Below are positions 25,089 through 32,000 of a stretch of 32,000 nt of DNA, piece after piece. The first letter of the stretch is position 1; every line of letters begins with the position of its first letter. The notes under the pieces were generated by a model. The model saw nothing but the letters and a program-made list of their open reading frames with translations, ran no database searches and was not told where the DNA came from. Origin of the DNA: Methylorubrum extorquens (GTDB taxonomy: Bacteria > Pseudomonadota > Alphaproteobacteria > Rhizobiales > Beijerinckiaceae); the NCBI GenBank assembly GCA_900234795.1, contig LT962688.1, positions 3,930,001 through 3,962,000 of the forward strand, in the 5' to 3' direction. The position numbers and the translations under genes are program-made.

Positions 25089-26141
25089 TCATGGGATCGG
25101 GTGATCCGACGATTTCGCGGGTGGTCCGGCCTCGCCCGATCGCAGCCGGTGCGCCTGCTCGCTCAGGAGCGCCGTCGCGACCGCGCCCGCGACGGGCCGG
25201 CTGAACAGGAAGCCCTGCAGCTCCGTGGCGCCGATCTCGCGAAGCATCCGGGCTTCGTCCTCGGTCTCGATCCTCTCGGCGGTCACCGCCATCCCGAAAT
25301 GACGGGCGATGTCGTGCATCGTCCGGACCAGGAACCAGCTCTCGCGCGCCTCGCCGAGGCCTCTGATGAACGTGCGATCGATCTTGAGCCTGTCGAAGGC
25401 AAAGCGCTGCAGGTAGCCGAGCGACGAGAAGCCGGTGCCGAAATCGTCGAGGGCGATGCTGACGCCGAGGGCACGGAGGGCCGCGACGCCCTCGAGCGCG
25501 ACGGCGACGTCACCCATCAAGACCCCCTCGGTCAGCTCCAGTTCGAGCCGGCCCGCCGCCAGTCCGCTGGCCCGCAACGCGGCGACGACCCGGTCCGCGA
25601 AGCCCGGATCCTGCAGTTGAACCGGGGAGACGTTCACCGAGACCCGGCAGAAGTCCGGCCAGACCGCCGCCTGCCGACAGGCGGCTTCGAGAACCCAGGC
25701 TCCGATCGGGCGGATCGCTCCCGTCTCCTCGGCCAGGGGGACGAAGTCGGCCGGTGACACGGGCCCCAGGAACGGGTGCTGCCAGCGCAGCAACGCCTCG
25801 CAACCGGTGATCGCCCCCGTCGCCGCGGACACGATCGGCTGGTAGGCGAGCGAAAACTCTCCCCCGGCCAGGGCCGCCCGGAAATCCTTGGCCTTCAGAT
25901 CCTTGATGCGAGCCGGGACCCGCGGAGCGCCCCCGCTTCCTGTCGCGGAGCGCTCCAGGTCGAGACGCGGCGCCGTCACACCGGCCACGCCCGAGAGCCG
26001 GACCGGATCGATGCCCTGCCTGTCTTCCGCACGATGCAGGCGCTGCGATGAAACAGCGGGCTCGCTTCTCATGGAAAGAGCTTCATGAAGAATGCTGTAC
26101 GCATCGGGGGTCGAGCCGCTCTCACGCTTGTTTCGAATCAT
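25089..26141 (-). CDS. Stand-alone EAL-domain c-di-GMP phosphodiesterase
   Basis: It has YQPIV, CEALLRW, NVSP, ELELTEG, DDFGTGFSSLGYL, LKIDRTF and QGFLFSRP motifs. The N-terminal approximately 100 aa has no recognisable domain. Confidence 0.9.
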   Translation of the reverse strand: MIRNKRESGSTPDAYSILHEALSMRSEPAVSSQRLHRAEDRQGIDPVRLSGVAGVTAPRLDLERSATGSGGAPRVPARIKDLKAKDFRAALAGGEFSLAYQPIVSAATGAITGCEALLRWQHPFLGPVSPADFVPLAEETGAIRPIGAWVLEAACRQAAVWPDFCRVSVNVSPVQLQDPGFADRVVAALRASGLAAGRLELELTEGVLMGDVAVALEGVAALRALGVSIALDDFGTGFSSLGYLQRFAFDRLKIDRTFIRGLGEARESWFLVRTMHDIARHFGMAVTAERIETEDEARMLREIGATELQGFLFSRPVAGAVATALLSEQAHRLRSGEAGPPAKSSDHPIP

Positions 26142-26231
26142 CGGCTATCGGACGTTCAAGCCAACAAAAGATAAGACGCAGAGCCTAAGGAAAAGTTATC
26201 GTATGTTTATGGAATTTTCCTCCCGAGTGAC

Positions 26232-26263
26232 CCCTAACAAATCCTAAAGCACCGCAAGGTGCT
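26232..26263 (-). terminator. Intrinsic terminator-like hairpin after the DUF808 gene
   Basis: The minus strand reads AGCACC-ttgc-GGTGCT followed by TTAGGATTTGTT. It lies about 58 nt downstream of the stop at 26321. Confidence 0.5.
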
Positions 26264-26320
26264 GGAGATGTTTGTTCCGAAGTTATGTAGGCACGGCGCT
26301 GGATTCTCCTCTCAGTTTCA

Positions 26321-27313
26321 TCAGGCTTCTTTTCTCCTTGTCGGGAAGAGTTGTTTGACCGCTGTCCAGGCCGGCGCCAGGATTTTGCCGGCTATCGGGA
26401 TCAGCGCGAAGCCTGCGAGCAGTCCGATCACGCCCGCGCCGGCCGCCGTCACCAGCCACGCGATGACGCCGCCGAGTGCCGGCACGGCCCCGCTTGCGGC
26501 CACGGCCGCCTCGTGAATCACGTGCTCGGGGCCGGCGAAGCCGTAGCCCGCGAGGCTGTGGACGATGATGCCGCCGCCGACCCAGACCATGGCCGCCGTG
26601 CCGACGAGGGCCAGCACCTTCAGGAAGACGGGCATGCCGCGCACCAGCCCGCGGCCGATCGCGGCCAGCACGCCGCTGCCCCGGCGGGCGAGCGCCAGAC
26701 CGATATCGTCGGCCTTCACGATCAAGGCGACGGCGCCGTAGACCGCGAGCGTGATGCCGATCGCGACGACCGCCATCACCACGGCGCGTGACCAGACCGT
26801 GCCATCGCCCAAGCCCGCCAGGGTGATGGCCATGATCTCGGCCGAGAGGATGAAGTCGGTCTTGATCGCGCCGGAGACCCGCTGGTCTTCCAGAACCTGC
26901 GCATCCGGTGCGGCCGCCCTCGCCTTCGCTTCGGCCGTGCGATCGTGGGCCGCGTGCGGCACGATCATCTCGTAGATTTTCTCGGCACCCTCATAGGCGA
27001 GGTACAGGCCGCCGAGCAGCAGGAGCGGCGTGATCGCCCAGGGCGCGAAGGCGCTGAGCAGCAGCGCAGCCGGCAGCAGGAACACCAGCTTGTTGATGAG
27101 CGAGCCGCGGGCGATGCGCCAGACGATCGGCAATTCGCGGTCCGGCGAGAAGCCGACGACGTAGCGCGGCGTGACCGCGGCATCGTCGATCACGACGCCG
27201 GCCGCCTTGGTCCCGGCCTTGGCGGCCTGGGCCGCCACGTCGTCCAGTGAGGCCGCCGCGACCTTCGTCAGGGCAACCACGTCATCCAAGAGGGCTAACA
27301 GTCCAACGCTCAC
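26321..27313 (-). CDS. DUF808 (YedI-like) inner-membrane protein
   Basis: 330 aa. The N-terminus MSVGLLALLDDVVALTKVAAASLDDVAAQAAKAGTKAAGVVIDD resembles E. coli YedI, and multiple TM segments follow. Confidence 0.85.
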   Translation of the reverse strand: MSVGLLALLDDVVALTKVAAASLDDVAAQAAKAGTKAAGVVIDDAAVTPRYVVGFSPDRELPIVWRIARGSLINKLVFLLPAALLLSAFAPWAITPLLLLGGLYLAYEGAEKIYEMIVPHAAHDRTAEAKARAAAPDAQVLEDQRVSGAIKTDFILSAEIMAITLAGLGDGTVWSRAVVMAVVAIGITLAVYGAVALIVKADDIGLALARRGSGVLAAIGRGLVRGMPVFLKVLALVGTAAMVWVGGGIIVHSLAGYGFAGPEHVIHEAAVAASGAVPALGGVIAWLVTAAGAGVIGLLAGFALIPIAGKILAPAWTAVKQLFPTRRKEA

Positions 27314-27635
27314 AGTCGCTTCATCCCGTTCTCTACTCGGCGAGCATATGGCGCAGCGTAGCGGTTAAGCGAGGAGGCGGCCCGCGCGGCAAGGCGTGGA
27401 GCGCGGGTGTGGCACCATCGGACCGACCGGAAACCCCGCCGGGCCGGGCACGATCATCGCGGACCGACGAAGGGAAAATGCGACAGGCAGGCGGTGGCCG
27501 GCAGGAACGCCCCCGCAAAAGAGTCGCCAGCGCGCAACACTTCGACTTTTCCTGCAAAACAGGGCGCCGGCCACTCCAAATCCGTCAAGGTTTGGCTATC
27601 AGCCTGATCCGGTCACCTCGTGATTGATCGCCGCC

Positions 27636-27746
27636 ATGCTGTCCGTCTCCCGCGCCGTCGTTTCGAAGCACCGTGAGATTTCCGCGCTGCTCGCAACCTA
27701 TGCCATGTTCCTCAGCGGCGTCTTGATTTTAGCCTGGGCGGCATAA
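27636..27746 (+). CDS. Possible 36-aa hydrophobic small protein (speculative)
   Basis: My translation is MLSVSRAVVSKHREISALLATYAMFLSGVLILAWAA. Third codon positions are mostly G or C, but there is no Shine-Dalgarno sequence. It is below the ORF-track cut-off. Confidence 0.2.
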   Translation: MLSVSRAVVSKHREISALLATYAMFLSGVLILAWAA

Positions 27747-28109
27747 GCCCCGGATCGAGCGCAGACGCCGCCACTTCCACCTGACCGGATACGCTGCCGT
27801 TCACCGATCGCGCTTCGCTCGGGCGGTGCCGGTAGCCCGTGCGAGGACTGTGAACGGCGGCGCGCACTCGTTCCATCGGAGAGGCGTCGGGCAATTTGTT
27901 GCGCACTCTGCCGTTCCTGATCGAGGATCGCTGAAGGCGTGAAGGCTGTTGGCCGTGACGAGGCTGCCGCCCTTCAATGCTCTCAACCCTGCGGGCTGCC
28001 TCGGCATCGGCCTGCTGCACGACACCTGCCCCTTGACCCTGCACTCACTTTGAACTCGCCCCCCGCCGCATGGGGGCCGGTCGGTGTCAGCGGCGGAGCC
28101 GTCCGGGCC

Positions 28110-28508
28110 TCAGCTTCCGCGATAGGTACTGTAGCCGTAGGGGGAGATCAGGAGCGGCACGTGGAGATGAGCGGGACCGTCCGGGCCCTGTGGCGCGATC
28201 CGGAAGCGCACGGGCACGATGTCGAGGAACGACGGCGGTTCGCCGCCAGCGGCGGCGCGGGCGAAATAGGCGCCGACCTCGAACGCGATCTCGTAGGTGC
28301 CGGGCGCCATCGCCTCGCCGGAGAGGAGGGGCGCGTCGCAGCGGCCGTCGGCATTGGTGGCGGCCGTCTTGAGGAGCGTGCGGGATTCGCCCTCGATGCG
28401 CAGGAGCTGAAGGGTCAGCCCCGCCGCCGGGTGTCCGGTGGACGTGTCGAGCACGTGGGTCGTGAGCCGCCGGGCATCCGGGGGTGCGGCGGGGTTTGCG
28501 ACGGCCAT
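28110..28508 (-). CDS. hiuH: 5-hydroxyisourate hydrolase (transthyretin-like)
   Basis: The internal ATG at 28508 follows the strong ribosome-binding site AGGAGGAA. It has [17 protein letters not shown] and the diagnostic C-terminus [11 protein letters not shown]. Confidence 0.9.
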   Translation of the reverse strand: MAVANPAAPPDARRLTTHVLDTSTGHPAAGLTLQLLRIEGESRTLLKTAATNADGRCDAPLLSGEAMAPGTYEIAFEVGAYFARAAAGGEPPSFLDIVPVRFRIAPQGPDGPAHLHVPLLISPYGYSTYRGS

Positions 28509-28744
28509 GGGATGCGGTTCCTCCTCCGGACTCGCCGGGCGATCCGCGGCTGCCCGAGGGCCGCGCCTCGCCGGCACCGCAACCCTTGCAGATCGGCTCC
28601 CGCGCACCAACCCGGATTTTTGGGAGCAGCTTTCGAAAAGTCCGACAGATCAGGAATCCGCGCGGCGCTATCGTTGCATCTTCACAAGCGTCCGAAGCGA
28701 GTCGGAACGATCCGCGCGCCTGCGCGGCAGACCCGAGGTCATCG

Positions 28745-30157
28745 ATGCACACCTCCCGCGACCTGATCGGATACGGCCGCACCATTCCGCAGGCGGATTG
28801 GCCCGGCGGCGCCCGGATCGCCGTGCAGATCGTGCTCAACTACGAGGAGGGGGGCGAGAACTGCATCCTGCACGGGGATGCGGCCTCCGAGGCGTTCCTG
28901 TCCGAGATCGTCGGCGCGGCGCCCTGGCCGGGCCTACGCCACATGAACATGGAATCGCTCTACGAGTACGGCGCCCGCGCCGGCTTCTGGCGGCTCTGGC
29001 GGCTGTTCACCGAGCGGGGCGTGCCGGTGACCGTATTCGGCGTCGCTACCGCACTCGCGCGCAACCCGGAGGTCGTGGCCGCGATGCGGGAGGCGGATTG
29101 GGAGATCGCCAGCCACGGCCTGAAATGGATCGATTACCGCGACATGCCACGGGCCGAGGAGGCCGCGCAGATGGATGCGGCGATCCACCTGCACGAGGAG
29201 GTGACGGGCGAGCGCCCCCTCGGCTGGTACACCGGCCGCTCCTCCGACAACACGCTCGAACTCGGCCTGGAACGGGGCTTTGCCTATCTCGCCGATTCCT
29301 ACGCCGACGACCTGCCTTACTGGCTGTACGGGCGGGCCGGCACCGGCCTCGTGGTGCCCTACACCCTCGACGCGAACGACATGCGCTTCGCCACGGCGCA
29401 GGGCTTCAACACCGGCGAGCACTTCTTCACCTACCTGCGCGACAGCTTCGACGCGCTCTACGCGGAGGGTGCCGCCACGCCGAAGATGTTGTCGGTGGGG
29501 CTGCACTGCCGTCTGGTCGGCCGGCCCGGCCGCATCGCCGCGCTCGCGCGCTTCCTCGACCACGTCGCCGCCCATGACGGCGTCTGGCTGGCGCGCCGCA
29601 TCGACATCGCCCGGCACTGGACGGCGCGGCACCCGGCCGAAACCTTGCGCCCGAGCACCATGAGCGCGGCGCAGTTCCTCACCCGGTTCGGCGACATCTT
29701 CGAGGATACGCCGGAGATCGCGCTCCGGGCGTGGCAGGCGGGCCTCACCGCGCGCGAGGACAGCGCGGAGGGGCTCCATGCCGCGCTTGTCGGCGCCCTG
29801 CGCGGCCTGCCCGCCGAGCAGCAGCGCGCCCTCATCCGCGCCCATCCCGAACTCGCCGGACGGCTCGCCCAGGCGGGACAGTTGACGCAAGCCTCCACCA
29901 CAGAGCAGGGCAGCGCCGGCCTCGGCGCGCTCTCGGCCGAGGAGCTGGCGCGGTTCGAGCGGCTGAACGCGGCCTACCGCGCGCGCTTCGACCTGCCCTT
30001 CATCATGGCCATCAAGGGCAGCAGCCGCGAGGCGATCCTGGCGGCGTTCGAGGCGCGGCTGCGCAACGATCCCGAGCAGGAATTCCAGGAGGCCTTACGG
30101 CAGATCGAGCGGATCGCGTGGCTGCGCCTGAAGGACCGGCTGCCTTCGGAGGGCTGA
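28745..30157 (+). CDS. puuE-uraD: Fusion of PuuE-type allantoinase (polysaccharide-deacetylase fold) and OHCU decarboxylase
   Basis: From the ATG at 28745 the N-terminal approximately 300 aa is PuuE-like (IAVQIVLNYEEGGE, WEIASHG, PYTLDANDMRF, GLHCRLVGRPGR). The C-terminal approximately 165 aa is UraD-like (FGDIFEDTPEIA, RAHPELAG, FIMAIKGSS). Confidence 0.9.
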   Translation: MHTSRDLIGYGRTIPQADWPGGARIAVQIVLNYEEGGENCILHGDAASEAFLSEIVGAAPWPGLRHMNMESLYEYGARAGFWRLWRLFTERGVPVTVFGVATALARNPEVVAAMREADWEIASHGLKWIDYRDMPRAEEAAQMDAAIHLHEEVTGERPLGWYTGRSSDNTLELGLERGFAYLADSYADDLPYWLYGRAGTGLVVPYTLDANDMRFATAQGFNTGEHFFTYLRDSFDALYAEGAATPKMLSVGLHCRLVGRPGRIAALARFLDHVAAHDGVWLARRIDIARHWTARHPAETLRPSTMSAAQFLTRFGDIFEDTPEIALRAWQAGLTAREDSAEGLHAALVGALRGLPAEQQRALIRAHPELAGRLAQAGQLTQASTTEQGSAGLGALSAEELARFERLNAAYRARFDLPFIMAIKGSSREAILAAFEARLRNDPEQEFQEALRQIERIAWLRLKDRLPSEG

Positions 30158-30189
30158 TCCGCGCCCGAGCGGCCTCCCGCCGCCGGACC

Positions 30190-31122
30190 CTACCGCACCA
30201 GGCGCCGGCCGATCAGGTCGAGCCCGGCGCCGACATGCGCGCGCAGGGCCTCGGTCGTCATCTCGACGAAGGTCTTGGCGCGGGCCGGCAGCATCTTTCG
30301 CGAGGGGTAGACCACGCCGAGGGTGACCGGTGTCGGCGGCGTGCCCGGCAGAACCGGCACGAGGCGGCCGTCGGCAAGGTAGGGCGCCACCTCGAAGACG
30401 GGCTTGAGGACGATGCCCTGCCCCTGGAGCGCCCATTCGGTCAGCACGTCGCCGTCATCCGCGTCGATGGGCCCGGCGACCGGCAGCGTCACGACCTCGT
30501 CGCCGTCGCGCAGGTTCCAGCGGAACTGCTCGGAGCCGGGAAAGCGCAGCAGCAGGCAGGCATGATCGATGAGGTCCGCCGGGCTCTCGGGGGCGGAATG
30601 CTCGGCGAGATAGCCCGGTGACGCGCACAGGATCCGCTCGATATCGGCGACCTTGCGCAGGGTGAAGCTCGAGTCGCGCATCTGCGCGAGCCGGACCGCC
30701 ACGTCGACGGCCTCCTGCACGAGGTCGAGCAGATGATCGGACAGCCGAAGGTGGACGTCCGCCTCCGGATGGCGCTCGCGGAAGGCGGGGATCAGCGGCG
30801 CCACGACGCGCCGGCCCAGGGTCAGCGGGGCGGTGACCTTCAGCGTCCCGCGCGGCGCGGCGCCCTGGGTCTCGACGCTCTTCTCCGCCCGCTCCACGGA
30901 GGCGGCGATGTCGAGGCAGCGGTCGTAGAAGACGCGGCCGGCTTCCGTCAGGTTCATCCGCCGCGTCGTGCGGGTGAGCAGAAGGCAGCCGAGATGCTCC
31001 TCCAGCGTCTGGATGCGGTAGCTGATCACCGAGGGCGACAGGCGCAGCGAGCGGCCGGCCGCCGAGAAGCTGCCGGTCTCCGCCGCGCGCATGAAGATGC
31101 GAACACTCTCCAGGGACAGCAT
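30190..31122 (-). CDS. LysR-family transcriptional regulator
   Basis: From the internal ATG at 31122 the product reads MLSLESVRIFMRAAETGSFSAAGRSLRLSPSVISYRIQTLEEHLGCLLLTRTTRR (wHTH), followed by a LysR substrate-binding domain. The gene is divergent from puuD. Confidence 0.9.
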   Translation of the reverse strand: MLSLESVRIFMRAAETGSFSAAGRSLRLSPSVISYRIQTLEEHLGCLLLTRTTRRMNLTEAGRVFYDRCLDIAASVERAEKSVETQGAAPRGTLKVTAPLTLGRRVVAPLIPAFRERHPEADVHLRLSDHLLDLVQEAVDVAVRLAQMRDSSFTLRKVADIERILCASPGYLAEHSAPESPADLIDHACLLLRFPGSEQFRWNLRDGDEVVTLPVAGPIDADDGDVLTEWALQGQGIVLKPVFEVAPYLADGRLVPVLPGTPPTPVTLGVVYPSRKMLPARAKTFVEMTTEALRAHVGAGLDLIGRRLVR

Positions 31123-31160
31123 CCGCCCTCCGCGCCCTGCGGCCTCCCGACACGGCCTCG

Positions 31161-31180
31161 ATTTCGTGAAAATTTCGAAA
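31161..31180. promoter_or_regulatory. AT-rich repeat and palindrome in the lysR-puuD divergent intergenic region (candidate operator)
   Basis: ATTTCG is repeated at 31161-31166 and 31172-31177 (11-nt phasing). The palindrome TTTCGAAA is at 31173-31180. The same 8-mer occurs at 28631-28638 in the hiuH/puuE intergenic region. Confidence 0.3.
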
Positions 31181-31256
31181 ACTGGCAAGGAATTTGATGG
31201 GCATACAAGCCCGCCCGCAGCGGTAGGATCGCAGCCGGACACCGAGGGGAGAGGCC

Positions 31257-32000
31257 GTGGAGAGCTTCGTCTGGGAATGGGGGAGCCTGCTGCTGCGCTG
31301 GCTCCACGTCGTTGCGGCGATGGCCTGGATCGGCTCGTCGTTCTTCTTCATCCATCTCGACGCGTCGCTGAAGCGGACGCCGGACATCCCGGCCGGCGAA
31401 GGTGCCGCGGCCTGGCAGGTCCATGGCGGCGGCTTCTACGAGATGCGCAAGTATTTCGTCGCGCCGGAGCATCTCTCCCCGGACCTCACCTGGCACAAGT
31501 GGCAGGCCTACACGACGTGGCTGTCGGGCTTCGTGCTGCTGGCCTGGATCTACTACGCGCAGTCGCGGCTCTACCTCGTCGATCCGGCGGTGATGGACCT
31601 GTCGGCCCCGGTCGCGGCGGCGCTCGGCGTCGGGGCGCTGGCGCTCGGCTGGCTGGTCTATGACCGCATCTGCCGCTCGAAGCTCGGCGAGAGCGAGACC
31701 GGCCTCGCAGCGGTCGGCCTGCTGGCCGTCACGCTCGCCGCCTTCGGCTTCTCGCAGGTGTTCAGCGGCCGCGGCGCCCTGATCCATACCGGCGCCCTGA
31801 TGGCGACCTGGATGGCCGGCAACGTCTTCTTCATCATCATCCCGAACCAGCGCAAGGTCGTCGCCGCTCTGCTGAAGGGGGAGCGGCCGGACCCGAGCCT
31901 CGGCAAGCAGGCCAAGCAGCGCTCGGCGCAGAACAACTACCTGACCCTGCCGGTCGTCCTCATGATGATCGCCAACCACTACCCGATGCTGTTCGAATCG
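31257..32000 (+). CDS. puuD: Urate hydroxylase PuuD (membrane, N-terminal part; continues beyond the window end)
   Basis: Absent from the ORF track because it is open-ended. The GTG at 31257 follows GAGGGGAGAGG. My translation is VESFVWEWGSLLLRWLHVVAAMAWIGSSFFFIHLDASLKR...WQVHGGGFYEMRKY...NVFFIIIPNQRKVV...NNYLTLPVVLMMIANHYPMLFES, which matches the PuuD membrane-domain family. Confidence 0.85.
   Translation, partial: MESFVWEWGSLLLRWLHVVAAMAWIGSSFFFIHLDASLKRTPDIPAGEGAAAWQVHGGGFYEMRKYFVAPEHLSPDLTWHKWQAYTTWLSGFVLLAWIYYAQSRLYLVDPAVMDLSAPVAAALGVGALALGWLVYDRICRSKLGESETGLAAVGLLAVTLAAFGFSQVFSGRGALIHTGALMATWMAGNVFFIIIPNQRKVVAALLKGERPDPSLGKQAKQRSAQNNYLTLPVVLMMIANHYPMLFES

Noticed and set aside
27712-28044. 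110-aa minus-strand ORF (and the overlapping 74-aa ORF) in the large intergenic region
   Set aside because: It has mixed third-position composition, an Arg/Ser/Gly/Pro-rich translation, no ribosome-binding site and no recognisable motif. It is treated as non-coding and the region is reported as a finding instead.
27939-28766. 275-aa plus-strand ORF overlapping hiuH
   Set aside because: It is antisense to the hiuH gene, which has the diagnostic YRGS C-terminus and a strong ribosome-binding site. It is a shadow ORF.
1-32000. Searched by eye for tRNA T-loop motifs (GGTTCGAnTCC), rRNA, CRISPR repeat arrays, IS or transposase, integrase, toxin-antitoxin and known defence-system genes
   Set aside because: None were found. 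The few GGTTCGA-like strings lie in coding or non-tRNA contexts, and no spaced direct repeats longer than about 8 nt recur more than twice.

Overview
High-GC (about 70%) alphaproteobacterial chromosomal segment. Gene content and codon usage look like a Methylobacterium/Methylorubrum-type member of the Rhizobiales, but this cannot be verified here. I support about 35 protein-coding genes, one decayed pseudogene, several intrinsic-terminator hairpins and a few candidate operator sites. I saw no rRNA, tRNA, CRISPR array, IS element or phage gene. Most of the window is housekeeping or stress metabolism: a CobW-type GTPase, a TetR regulator, panB, rpmG, a PA0069-type radical SAM protein, an acyltransferase-3 protein, a tandem Usp protein, bfd-bfr, msrB-msrA, metX-metW, a plsC-like gene, ggt, ompW, an EAL plus GGDEF pair, a DUF808 protein and a urate-catabolism cluster (hiuH, a puuE-uraD fusion, a LysR regulator, puuD). 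The most unusual content is a four-gene, apparently fully exported module at 1578-4401: an MBL zinc hydrolase, a SoxYZ-like cysteine carrier, a rhodanese-like CX3CW protein and a thioredoxin. It resembles the comparatively defined but experimentally uncharacterised quinoprotein relay gene set, yet no dehydrogenase partner is visible in the window. Other points worth a second look are an exported MsrB(Tat)/MsrA pair, a P-loop NTPase relic with a stop codon inside its Walker A motif, an AT-rich island carrying a perfect 12-bp palindrome, a cluster of small secreted low-complexity proteins, an approximately 800-bp gene-free structured region next to the urate genes, and candidate Zur, Irr(ICE) and LysR-type operator sites. 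Many long ORFs in the six-frame track are antisense or out-of-frame artefacts of the high GC content and were not called.
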